64,000 nt of DNA from Oligoflexales bacterium (lineage in GTDB: Bacteria > Bdellovibrionota_B > Oligoflexia > Oligoflexales > Bog-1112): positions 1,460 through 65,459 of the forward strand of contig JBGCDR010000064.1 of NCBI GenBank assembly GCA_045105515.1, written 5' to 3'. The notes below the pieces were generated by a model that was given only the letters and a program-made list of their open reading frames with translations, ran no database searches and was not told the origin of the DNA. The translations under genes and the position numbers were made by a program. Within the stretch, counting starts at the first letter, position 1, and the number at the start of each line of letters is the position of its first letter. This document shows, one piece after another, positions 8,541 through 18,594 of this stretch.

Positions 8541-11500
8541 ATGTATAAGAAAAATGGAAAATTAGTATTTTCACCCACAGACTTGACTCGTTTTTGGGAA
8601 TCTTCCTTTGCTTCCTGGATGGACCGCTACAAACTCGAATTTCCTCAGAGTGAAATTCAACCCGACCAAGATGATGAACTTAGTAAGTCCCTTCAGAACT
8701 TAGGTTATAAGCATGAAGAAACCACTATAAAGAAGTTTGAAGAAAAGGGACTTTCTATAAAGAATATTGATATTAAAGTCCCAGACAAAGGACTATCACA
8801 GACGATTAAAGCCATGCAAGAAGGAGTGGATGTTATTTTTCAGGGACGACTAGAACATGCTAGTTTTGCCGGTTTCTCTGATTTTTTAGTCAAAACTGAA
8901 GGAGCCTCATCCCTGGGAAATTATCACTATGAACCTTACGATACGAAACTTTCCAATAAGTTAAAACCATACTTTGTCATTCAGCTTTGTTGCTATGCGG
9001 ATATGTTAGCATCGGTACAAGGTTGCCTGCCACAAAATTTCGCAGTGATCCTGGGAAATGGCACTGAAAAACATCGTGGGCTATTGGATTATATTCACTA
9101 CTACCAATTCTTAAAAAAGAGCTTTCTTAATTTTCAAAAAAATTTCGACCCTGAAAAAAGGCCCTCTCCGGCAGATTCAAGAAGTCATGGGCGTTGGAGT
9201 GAATTCGCAAATCAATTATTGCTTGAAAATGACAGCTTGCATCAAGTAGCTAGAATCTCCAAGAACCAAATCAAAAACCTTGAAAAACAAGGCGTCACCA
9301 CCCTCAATCAATTAGCAACAACGGATTTGGATCACGTTCAGAAAATTTCAGATAGCGTTCTTGAAAGGCTAAAGCACCAAGCGCATCTGCAGATGCAATC
9401 TAAGGACAAGGAAAAACCACTGTTTGAGGTGATTAATGCAAACAGTCAAAGTGAGGGTCTTTGTAAGCTACCCCCTCCTTCGCCAATAGATGTTTTTTTC
9501 GACATCGAAGGTTTTCCAATTGTTGAAGGGGGACTGGAATACCTTTGGGGTAATAGCTTTATTGAAAATGGCAAGCTTACGTTTAAGGATTTTTGGGCGC
9601 ACAACCGCGAAGAAGAAAAACAGCTATTTGAAGATTTTATAGATTGGGTCATGGATAGATGGGAACAAGATCCTAACATGCATATCTACCACTATGCTAA
9701 TTATGAGATTGCCGCTATCAAAAAACTTATGGGAAGGTTTGCTACTCGCGAAGAGCAGGTAGACAAACTGCTTGAGAATCATGTTTTTGTTGATCTATAT
9801 CAAGTCGTCAAAAGTGGCCTCCGCATTGGTGACCGTAGTTACTCAATCAAGAATGTCGAGCTTCTTTATCGGCCAAAGAGAGCAACTGAAGTTGCCGATG
9901 GCGGAGCCTCAGTTGTTTATTATGAACGGTGGCTGGTTGAGCAAGATGGTGAGACCTGGCAAGACTCAAAAATCCTTAATGAAATCAGAGATTACAACAA
10001 AGATGACTGTGACTCCACCTACGAACTCGTTGAGTGGCTTAGAAAGATCCAAGAAGAGGCCGGAGTTAAATTCATATCCAGCCTCACTGAAGATGCATCA
10101 TCAGAAGGATTAAAGCTTGAAGAAGAAAAAGAGGAAGATAGCAATAGGCAGAAGATCAAGGAATCTTTGCTTGAACTTGAAGCAAACTTTCCCATAGCAA
10201 GACTTCTCTATGATTTGATGGATTTTCATAAGCGCGCCGAAAAACCCAAGTGGTGGCGCTACTTTGAGCGTTTGGATACACCCGCAGAAGATCTATTTGA
10301 CGACCTAGATTGCTTGATAGGTTTAAAAAGAACAGGCACTGTTCCTAAAAAAGAAAAACAATCATTTATTTATGAATATAAGTATGACTCCCTTCAGCCT
10401 TTCAAATTTAGTAAGAAACAGAATTATGTTCTTCACCTTGATTCCAAAGTATCTCTTAAAGTGCACTCTGTTGATCTAAATGCTGGATTAGCTTATTTCA
10501 AGATCGGTTCTAAAAAACAGCTTCCAGATCAGCTCAGCTTAATTCCAAAAGACCCGATTATTAATGGGAATTTAATCAAAGGAGTCGAAGAATTCTGTGA
10601 GAGGTTTATCGAAGATCCGCAGCAAGAAAATGCCATTTTGGATCTTTTACTTAGAAAACGTCCTCGCCATAAAGAACATAAACCGGGTCCGTTATTAGAT
10701 AATGATAAGGACATTTTAGAGCAGATCACTAACTTAACCCTAAACCTAAATAACTCAATGCTCTGTATTCAAGGCCCTCCTGGAGCTGGAAAAACCTACA
10801 CGGCAAAAAATATTATTCTTGAGCTAATAAAAAAAGGTAAGAGAGTTGGCATTACCTCTAATAGCCATAAAGCTATCGATAATTTATTAGTGGGTGCCCA
10901 TGACTTAATTGCAACAGAAAAGCCAGAGATAGTTATTGTCAAGGTAAACAGCAATGCAAAAGACCCCATCTTTGAAATTGATGGCATCGGACACTGTCCT
11001 ACTGCAAGCAAATTAAAACTTAGTGAAGAAACGCTGCTAGTAGGGGGTACTGCATGGACATTCACCAATAATGTCACTGAAGGGCAATTTGATTACCTCT
11101 TTGTTGATGAAGCTGGTCAGGTATCCATAGCAAACCTCTTGGCCATGTCCAAAAGCACCAATAATATTGTGATCATGGGCGATCAAATGCAGCTCGGACA
11201 GCCTATTGAAGGCTCCCACCCTGGCGAAAGTGGCAAATCCATCCTTGAATACTTTCTGCAAGATCATGCTACTATCCCTGCAGATCTGGGTGTTTTCCTG
11301 CCCAAGACTTTTAGGCTACACCCAGAGATATGCTCATTTATCTCAGAGAGTGTGTATGAAGGCAGACTGAACCCTGCTGAAGGCAATGACAACCGTAGGA
11401 TCTTAGGTTCAGAGGAGCGAGACTCAAAAATCAAGCTCGACTCTGGCCTCCTATTTGTTCCAGTTGAGCATGAAGGAAATAGTCAAGCTAGTGATGAGGA

Positions 11501-11933
11501 AGTTTTCGTAATAAAGGAGCTAGTCGAAGACCTAGTGGGAAGGCCATTTACTGATTCTTCAGGCAAGCAATGTGGAATCATCAGCTTAGAAAACATTTTA
11601 TTTGTGGCTCCCTATAACTTTCAAGTCAGCAAGCTCAAGGATGTTTTAGGAGAAGATGCAAAGGTAGGTTCTGTAGACAAATTTCAGGGGCAAGAAGCAC
11701 CAATCGTCATATTGTCTATGTGTTCTAGTGACCTATCAGGCCCCTCTTCGCGTGGGGTGGAGTTTCTATTTAGTAAAAATAGATTAAATGTTGCTCTTTC
11801 GCGAGCGCAATCGCTGGCGATTGTGGTGGGCAATCCAAATTTAGGATCGACTCAAGTTTCTGGAGTGGAGCATATGGGTATGGTGAATTTGTATTGCTGG
11901 TTGATGGAGGTTAGCTTGAAACAGGTATCTTGA
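8541..11933 (+). CDS. RecB-like (TM0106-type) nuclease / RNase H-like domain fused to an SF1B DNA2/Upf1-type helicase
   Basis: N-terminal YHYEPYDTKL...VIQLCCYADML is a PD-(D/E)xK-like segment. FFDIEGFP...YLWG...DDCDSTYELVEWL is RNase H/exonuclease-like. C-terminal helicase motifs: GPPGAGKTYT (Walker A), YLFVDEAGQ (motif II), DKFQGQEAPIVILS, RLNVALSRAQ. Confidence 0.8.
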   Translation: MYKKNGKLVFSPTDLTRFWESSFASWMDRYKLEFPQSEIQPDQDDELSKSLQNLGYKHEETTIKKFEEKGLSIKNIDIKVPDKGLSQTIKAMQEGVDVIFQGRLEHASFAGFSDFLVKTEGASSLGNYHYEPYDTKLSNKLKPYFVIQLCCYADMLASVQGCLPQNFAVILGNGTEKHRGLLDYIHYYQFLKKSFLNFQKNFDPEKRPSPADSRSHGRWSEFANQLLLENDSLHQVARISKNQIKNLEKQGVTTLNQLATTDLDHVQKISDSVLERLKHQAHLQMQSKDKEKPLFEVINANSQSEGLCKLPPPSPIDVFFDIEGFPIVEGGLEYLWGNSFIENGKLTFKDFWAHNREEEKQLFEDFIDWVMDRWEQDPNMHIYHYANYEIAAIKKLMGRFATREEQVDKLLENHVFVDLYQVVKSGLRIGDRSYSIKNVELLYRPKRATEVADGGASVVYYERWLVEQDGETWQDSKILNEIRDYNKDDCDSTYELVEWLRKIQEEAGVKFISSLTEDASSEGLKLEEEKEEDSNRQKIKESLLELEANFPIARLLYDLMDFHKRAEKPKWWRYFERLDTPAEDLFDDLDCLIGLKRTGTVPKKEKQSFIYEYKYDSLQPFKFSKKQNYVLHLDSKVSLKVHSVDLNAGLAYFKIGSKKQLPDQLSLIPKDPIINGNLIKGVEEFCERFIEDPQQENAILDLLLRKRPRHKEHKPGPLLDNDKDILEQITNLTLNLNNSMLCIQGPPGAGKTYTAKNIILELIKKGKRVGITSNSHKAIDNLLVGAHDLIATEKPEIVIVKVNSNAKDPIFEIDGIGHCPTASKLKLSEETLLVGGTAWTFTNNVTEGQFDYLFVDEAGQVSIANLLAMSKSTNNIVIMGDQMQLGQPIEGSHPGESGKSILEYFLQDHATIPADLGVFLPKTFRLHPEICSFISESVYEGRLNPAEGNDNRRILGSEERDSKIKLDSGLLFVPVEHEGNSQASDEEVFVIKELVEDLVGRPFTDSSGKQCGIISLENILFVAPYNFQVSKLKDVLGEDAKVGSVDKFQGQEAPIVILSMCSSDLSGPSSRGVEFLFSKNRLNVALSRAQSLAIVVGNPNLGSTQVSGVEHMGMVNLYCWLMEVSLKQVS

Positions 11934-12875
11934 AAATTTATGTCTGTGCTTCTATTAAATTCTTTACAAGTTTACGAAGATTTTCAAATCAACATTAAAT
12001 CTTCATTCTAGTTGGATGTTGGAGAACAAAGGTGATAAAGAGTGGCTGTAATATTAACCATGACACATTCCAACGCGCTGTTCTCGGGTATTGTCCTTTT
12101 TAGATTGGCCGCACAAGCTATTTAGTTTAAATCAGCTATAGTATCTTTGACTTAGGCCCTTGCTTAAAAAATGAAATCTATGCATAGATTGCTAAGAAAA
12201 AATTATCTCAAATCGAATTATTCACCTATCCATAAGGGAATCAAAACAACTGTTGGAGTAAACTTCTCTATAAGAAATAATGGATAGAATTATTCCTGTT
12301 TTACCGAAGTCTTCATTGGTATTTCATGGATATGAATAATAAACACTACTATGGAACAAAGTCATTAGCTTTAAAATTTCGAACAAATGTATCTTCAATG
12401 TTCAGAAGTTTCTCACATTTAATTGCTGGGTATTTTAAAAAAATTACACACCCATCAGCAAAGTGCACAAAGATATTTGATCGTGAGAAATATTCAGGTA
12501 GAACTCTCTTTTGGGAAAATTTTTCTCTAATATCTCGTAATATCAGGTGGATATCTTTGTCATTAAAGATATTTTGGGAATGCAATAGGCGTGTAATTCA
12601 TAAATTTAAATCTTAGTTTTCAAATTAAGTATTCTTATTTTGATCTTTCAATTCAGTCTTTTCCTAACAAAAAATTTTGACAGAGGTAGTTTTTATCAGG
12701 GTATATAACTTGCTGATATTCATTTCAATATTCAGTCTATTTAGCGATTATTAAATAAAAAGCATGAACATAGATTTTTCCTTGAAGTTCTAACCTAATC
12801 ATTTTTATCCCTGCAATTTTATGGTTTTTTGTTATATACCGATGAAGTATTTTATAAAATTGTGAGGTACTGTTG

Positions 12876-15065
12876 ATGTCGGAATATTTCAATACTGCCA
12901 ACCCGAAATCGCAGAAAAAATATCCAAATTATGATGCATTTATAAGTTATACACACAAAAAATTGGACCGAGAAATTGCAATCCGACTCCATAAATTATT
13001 AGAAACTTATCGTACTCCATGGTCATTAGTGAAACTTGGGGTTCCACGGCGCTTATCTAGAGTTTTTAGAGATTTAGATGAATTGCCTGCATCTTCAAAT
13101 CTAGATGACAGTATATGTAGTGCATTAATAAAATCTAGGTATCTCATAGTTATATGTTCTCCCAGAACTAATGACTCAAAATGGGTTCTTAAAGAAGTTG
13201 AAACCTTTAAAAATACGACCGGATTAAGTAATGTTTTGCCGATAATAATCGAAGGTGAACCTGAAAAATCCTTTCCGAAGATTTTGTGTTTCAATGAGAA
13301 AGGTGAAAAAGTTGAACCACTAGCGGCTGATGTTAGAGCACCTAGCTTAAAGGAAATGCTGAAAAAGCTTGATGAAGAAAAATTGCGGATTTTGGCTCCA
13401 ATCCTTGGTTGCACATTTGACGACCTTAAGAGACGAGAATATCAGCGTCAAGCTAGAAAGCGAGCAATTTTAACTACCGTACTTTCATCCTTAGTCTTAA
13501 TTTTTTCATCATTATCCTATCTCTTGTATATCCAACGAAACAACGCTATAGTCAGTAAGCAGGCTGCCTTAAGAGCACATAGGATAGCCATAGCAACTCT
13601 TAGAACATCGTTAATAAATGGTAGAGAACTAACCTCGAAAAGCGACCCCAAAAAAATCCCTGGACAATTCATAATTACTGCGAATTCAATTAATAATTTT
13701 ATTAGCGGACTAAGTGATGCTTCTGTTTATCTTGCAAGAGAATCTAACTGGTCTTCGGATGCATTGGCGTTACCTGCACACGCTAACATCTGGGGAACTC
13801 ACGCCATGCTTGCTGCTAATAGACCAATGCTAGCCGAAGATTTTATAAAAAGGGGTATAAAATCTCTTGAAATTCTGACAAAAAATGGATATCGGCTAAC
13901 CGGTTTTGAAAAAAAAATGAATGCTGAATTTACTTATTATCTTGGTTATATTAGATTTTTACAAAACAAAGAAAATGAAGCTTTAAGTTTTTTCCAAACA
14001 TCTTCGGATATATGCATAGATTTAATGAATGACAAAAATGAAGAAAATAAGTGCGATTTATTTCTTTGTATTATGCAAGACTATAAGGGTAAGATCTATC
14101 AAAAGAGCGGCAATTGGCGTGAAGCAGAAGATTCTTTTCGTTTTGGAATCAAAACTGCAAACTTGCTTCAATCCGAAGATGACAGCCTAAACCATTTGGC
14201 AATAAGTTGTCGAAATCTTCTAAGGAATTCACTTGTTAATTTATTTACAGCAGCAAAGAAGCCTAGAAAAGGGCTAAAAGAAGCTGAATTATACTATCAA
14301 GAAATTGATAAGCAATTTGCAGGTGCCCCTAACAATTTTCAACTTGCTGTAAAACATCTCAAAACGTCTGATTTGCTTGCTGACAATCTGGAACTAAATC
14401 AAAAATGGACTCTAGCAAATAAATTCAGGAAAAATGCAGTTTATGGGTATGCTCAACTTATAGAGGCAGGTTATCACCAGAAAAATATCTACCTTGAATA
14501 TGCTAGAGCATGTAATAAACAAATAATAAATATTAAACATCGCGGAGTAAAATCTTCTATTCGTAATGTTTTCAACTTATGTATCAACACAATAAATCAA
14601 AATATTTCTGCTGAGGAAAAAGCATATTCACTTTATCTTATTAGATTTTTCTTTTTATCAATAGATCTTTCCATCTCCAACCTCAAATTAGCTCTTCATG
14701 AATCTGACAATATATTTTCAGACTTGTATTTTGCCGAACACCATGAGAGATCATTCCTTATTAATTCCCTTTCTCAAATCATAATTTTTTTAGCAAAAAT
14801 CTTTCCTGGTGAAGTTAAACTATGGATAAAAGGATGCACAAATTTAGTAAACTGGTATGCAATTTCTAAAAAATTTGAACTAAATAATGATAAAGAAATC
14901 AAGGATTCTGTAACAAAAGCATTCAAATCTTTCGCGATTATGCCAAAAGAAACCAATAAAATAATTGAAGAAGTCCTAAAGATCCAAAATCTAACTATCC
15001 GCAGGGATTTGACTTACAGATTAATTAAAGAACAACTCTTGTCTAAAAATTTAAAAATAGAGTAG
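12876..15065 (+). CDS. TIR-domain protein with a central transmembrane helix and a C-terminal helical-repeat (TPR-like) region
   Basis: TIR signature YDAFISYTHKKLDREIAIRLHKLL...VFRDLDELP...RYLIVICSPRTNDSKWVLKEVE (S-x-W...E region). Linker PLAADVRAP...LAPILGCTFDDLKRRE. Hydrophobic helix AILTTVLSSLVLIFSSLSYLLYI. About 500 aa of helical repeats follow. ATG 12876 follows TTG 12873; GTGAGGT RBS. Confidence 0.8.
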   Translation: MSEYFNTANPKSQKKYPNYDAFISYTHKKLDREIAIRLHKLLETYRTPWSLVKLGVPRRLSRVFRDLDELPASSNLDDSICSALIKSRYLIVICSPRTNDSKWVLKEVETFKNTTGLSNVLPIIIEGEPEKSFPKILCFNEKGEKVEPLAADVRAPSLKEMLKKLDEEKLRILAPILGCTFDDLKRREYQRQARKRAILTTVLSSLVLIFSSLSYLLYIQRNNAIVSKQAALRAHRIAIATLRTSLINGRELTSKSDPKKIPGQFIITANSINNFISGLSDASVYLARESNWSSDALALPAHANIWGTHAMLAANRPMLAEDFIKRGIKSLEILTKNGYRLTGFEKKMNAEFTYYLGYIRFLQNKENEALSFFQTSSDICIDLMNDKNEENKCDLFLCIMQDYKGKIYQKSGNWREAEDSFRFGIKTANLLQSEDDSLNHLAISCRNLLRNSLVNLFTAAKKPRKGLKEAELYYQEIDKQFAGAPNNFQLAVKHLKTSDLLADNLELNQKWTLANKFRKNAVYGYAQLIEAGYHQKNIYLEYARACNKQIINIKHRGVKSSIRNVFNLCINTINQNISAEEKAYSLYLIRFFFLSIDLSISNLKLALHESDNIFSDLYFAEHHERSFLINSLSQIIIFLAKIFPGEVKLWIKGCTNLVNWYAISKKFELNNDKEIKDSVTKAFKSFAIMPKETNKIIEEVLKIQNLTIRRDLTYRLIKEQLLSKNLKIE

Positions 15066-15368
15066 GATGAAGTCGAAATAAGTCAATATCCAACATATTA
15101 GAAATAACATATTAAATGAATGCAAACACAATATACATCTGCCAATTTTTTTACTTGCACTTATGAAAGGACAACAAAATCGCTTTTTTTATTGTTTTAA
15201 CATTCGGTTATTTATGGATATTAAATTATAATTTTCATCAGTTTTAAATTTCACTTAAATTAAATCTCAGTCCAGATATCCGATAAGATGCAAAGTCTAA
15301 ATATTCGAAAAATTTGCACTCATTAAGATTAAGAAATAAAGTTAATTTTTATAGTAAGGTTTTTTTTA

Positions 15369-17135
15369 ATGGTTGAGGAAGCTAAGAGATGTAATTTTGA
15401 CCGGATTGGTTTCTCCCTAATCGAAGATATAAATAAAATTAACTTATCCTATCGTAAAGACATTCCCGAAGCTACCATTATATATTGCACGAGAATATTT
15501 GAAGTCATGATTGCAAAATCAGTCGAGCTAATCGGGATCATTCCAGCAAGCAATGTATTCGGAAACTTAAATATTCTACAAAGATTTGGAAAATTAAGTT
15601 ATCCACATAAATATTGGTTTCATGCAATAAGAAGAGTTGGGAACGACTGTCGGCATGTTACTCGAAAAATTAGCTCCATTGATGAAGATTGGGCAATATC
15701 TTTCATAAGAGAAGCAATCACTTGGTCAATTACATTTAATAATTCAAATCCCGATTTCGATGTTTTAAGAATTTTAACAAAGTGCTCAAACAGATATATT
15801 CGAGAATTTGTGAATAAAAAAAGCTACGAAGATCTTGAAAAAAAAGACCTTGCTTCACTTCCTCAGGCCCTAATTGGTTCCCCAATCTTATATGGAGTCT
15901 TAGGAGAATATAATATTAATCATGGCAACAACGATTTAGCGCTCGAGATCTTGGACATTGGCATCAAACTTTTTCCAAAAGACGTAAGACTTATTCAATT
16001 AAAAGCTCTAATTCTTAGTAGAAAAAATGATTTGATTGAAGCAAAAAAATTATTAGACCCTTATTTTAAAAAAAATTCATACAAGGACCCAGAAACACAA
16101 GGTATTTATTGTGGCATCTTAAAACGCATTTGGTTAAACAATCCAAAAAGAACATCAGAGCTTAGATCAAGTAGAAATAATTACTATACTGGATTTGAAA
16201 AATCGGAATTTGCAGACATATACATGGGTATTAATGCAGCAGCTTTATCACTTTTTTTGGGGCAAAAAAGAGAATCTAGGAATATTGCTGAAAAGGTTAA
16301 AAATACAATAGAAGAGCGGCAAAAATATTACTCCTTAAAAAACATAGTTACAGATTCTTCCGATCAATTTTGGGATATAGTAACTTTAGCTGAGGCAAAT
16401 TTATTAATGGGTAATTTCTCAAAATCTAGGTCATTATACAACTATGCATTTAATCAATATTCGTCCTTAAAAGGCAATATTGAGATTACCAAGTTTCAGC
16501 TTACTAATATATTAAAATATTTTCCAGTTTGTATTTCTGTAGATAATTTTTTAGCGCAATCACAAACAGACAACGAAGATTACTTGTCTATAGGAATAAC
16601 GGGCCATAGAGATCTACAAATCAACAATGAGTTAAAACAAACAGTTGAGGAAATATTTAAAAAGCTAGGCATTGCCCATCGCAGATTAAGGATCTTTTCA
16701 CCATTATCGGAAGGAACAGATAGAATTATTTATCATGTTGCAAAGGCAATTGATGACAAAACTGAGCTGATTTCGATCCTACCGACCGAGATAACAGATT
16801 ATGTTACAGACTTTGAATCTGAAGATTCTAGGAAAGAGTTTTTGTCTCTAATTGGAATGTCTGAAAAAATTATTTTTCCAGAAGGTTTAACTAAAGATAT
16901 ATTAGACAAGGGTAATCGGCTAATGAGCAGAAATGCAGCCTACCTAAATGCTGGTAAATATGTTGTAGATCAGAGCGAAATTGTCATCGCGATTTGGGAC
17001 GGGTTTAATAGTAGAGGAATGGGAGGTACAGGAGATATAGTTCAATATGCTTATTCAATCAATAGAGAAGTTATTTGGATTAATTCAGCCCCTCCTTATG
17101 ATCTGAAAGGAAAGCCATTTCAGACGGCTTCTTAG
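15369..17135 (+). CDS. DUF4145-like N-terminal domain + helical TPR-like middle + C-terminal SLOG/LOG-like Rossmann domain protein
   Basis: N-terminus HAIRRVGNDCRHV resembles the DUF4145 R-x-x-G-N-x-x-x-H motif. The middle region is helical repeats resembling the TRAFs-binding/DUF4071 type (unverified). C-terminus: IGITGHRDL, SPLSEGTDRI, IAIWDGFNSRGMGGTGDIVQYA, a pattern typical of SLOG (DprA/YpsA/LOG-like) domains. The RBS is weak. Confidence 0.6.
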   Translation: MVEEAKRCNFDRIGFSLIEDINKINLSYRKDIPEATIIYCTRIFEVMIAKSVELIGIIPASNVFGNLNILQRFGKLSYPHKYWFHAIRRVGNDCRHVTRKISSIDEDWAISFIREAITWSITFNNSNPDFDVLRILTKCSNRYIREFVNKKSYEDLEKKDLASLPQALIGSPILYGVLGEYNINHGNNDLALEILDIGIKLFPKDVRLIQLKALILSRKNDLIEAKKLLDPYFKKNSYKDPETQGIYCGILKRIWLNNPKRTSELRSSRNNYYTGFEKSEFADIYMGINAAALSLFLGQKRESRNIAEKVKNTIEERQKYYSLKNIVTDSSDQFWDIVTLAEANLLMGNFSKSRSLYNYAFNQYSSLKGNIEITKFQLTNILKYFPVCISVDNFLAQSQTDNEDYLSIGITGHRDLQINNELKQTVEEIFKKLGIAHRRLRIFSPLSEGTDRIIYHVAKAIDDKTELISILPTEITDYVTDFESEDSRKEFLSLIGMSEKIIFPEGLTKDILDKGNRLMSRNAAYLNAGKYVVDQSEIVIAIWDGFNSRGMGGTGDIVQYAYSINREVIWINSAPPYDLKGKPFQTAS

Positions 17136-17170
17136 AAGAGGTTTACATACAAGTGCATTTGTATACTCCT

Positions 17171-17215
17171 GATGCTTCAATAACTTACTGAAACATCATT
17201 TTAAAATTTTATTTT
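17171..17215 (+). terminator. possible intrinsic terminator after the SLOG-like gene
   Basis: GATGCTTCA (17171-17179) pairs with TGAAACATC (17189-17197), giving 8 of 9 bp and a 9-nt loop. It is followed by the T-rich ATTTTAAAATTTTATTTT. Confidence 0.4.
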
Positions 17216-18497
17216 CCATTTATTTGTCTGTTTATTCTCTTTTGAAGGTTTCGATTTGGAGTAAACTAGGCAATCTATACCGACCTCCCTTTGTGTCCCT
17301 ACTAATCTTTCATAAATTTGTATCTTTCATTTAAATATGTAAGTATAGATTTTAATGAATATTATGCAACCAAAACGTATTTCAAAGGCTTGCTGATCCA
17401 TTTGCTTATCAAAAAATTCGCCTTAATTTCTCTTCCGACTAAGTTTCAAATTCACAGTTTTATTTAGCCTTGTCCTCCTATGACACTCCCCTCGACGAAA
17501 AGAGTGACATAGGGCAGACATCCTGTCGCATTTCACTAAAACCCCATAATTTAAAAGGATTAAACTATGTACTGTAAGATTTTTTTTCTCTTAGGCATTT
17601 TGTTAGGAGCAACCACATCAACCTTAGCATTTAGATCTTTTTCTAAATCAAACATTATCAATGAATTAAGCGAACAAGGGGTTTTATTCATTGAACCAAT
17701 TGCTACGGAAAAATTGATTCCACCTCCGCAATTAAGCAAAAAACAGCTTCAAAGTGATATTGAAAAAATAAATAGTCTAATAAAAAATGCATATGCAGGA
17801 ACCATAGGCTTACCGAAACTACAATTAAATCAGCTGGACCAAGATCTAAACGATCTTTTGAGCAGCAGCAAAGAAAGCAACAAAACCGTAGATATTTGTA
17901 TCCTAGTCAATAGTTACTTTAAAAAAACCGACGACGAACATTTGGATTTAAAAATAGGTAACTTGAGCTGTACTCAGGAAAATAGAGATCATTTGCAAGA
18001 AATCGTCTCTTCTAAGAAAATAGACAAAAAATTTAAAGAATTTATCTGGGAAGCTAAGCAAAAAACTATTGAAAATCAAAAGGCAGGGTACCTATCTTTT
18101 AACGGATTCCGAGGATCAAGTGATAAAGCATGGCTGGCATTCTATGATAGCTTCGTAAATTCCCTGGATAACGATATTTTAATATTGGACTTAAGAAAAA
18201 ACTCTGGAGGATGGATACAATCAGCGTCACAGCTAGCTTCTCACTTCTATTTGCCGCATGCTCCAAATTATAAGTTCACGAGTATGACGTCTATTCCTTC
18301 CCTAATTATGCGCGTAAACATAGCTAACTACTACTATCTGTTCTCAGATTTAGATAGCGAAAATTATAAAAAAATGGCCGATAAGGCTACGATGAAAAAT
18401 CTTAAACTAATAGAAAGGATGGACACTAAATTAGAAAAATGTGAGAGCTGGAATCAAAGGGTCATAAATAAAAGTGAACAGTATCTAAATGCAAGCG

Positions 18498-18505
18498 AAA
18501 AAGAC
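18498..18505. repeat. target-site duplication, left copy (AAAAAGAC)
   Basis: Identical 8-mer immediately outside both IS ends; 8 bp is the IS66-family TSD size. Confidence 0.85.
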
Positions 18506-18528
18506 GTAAGCGATCACAATTGACCCGT
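18506..18528. repeat. IS66 terminal inverted repeat (one end)
   Basis: GTAAGCGATCACAATTGACCCGT compared with the reverse complement of the other end, GTAAGCGGTCATAAATGACACGG, gives 18 of 23 matches. Confidence 0.8.
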
Positions 18529-18594
18529 CTTCAATTCTCTAAGTTGTTCATGTAGATTTGAGGTATCGTAGATAGATAGCCCATGAGGGAGTTT

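Noticed and set aside
11968-11980. AAGTTTACGAAGA matches the reverse complement of 37385-37397, suggesting possible inverted repeats bounding a 25-kb segment.
   Set aside because: A 13-nt match is expected many times by chance among all position pairs in 64 kb of AT-rich DNA. The enclosed region contains core-looking genes (rhomboid, rmuC).
12326-12616. 96-aa (+) and 78-aa (-, 12349-12585) ORFs in the long spacer before the TIR gene.
   Set aside because: They are mutually antisense over almost their whole length. They have no RBS and no domain, and their composition is indistinguishable from the surrounding AT-rich non-coding DNA.
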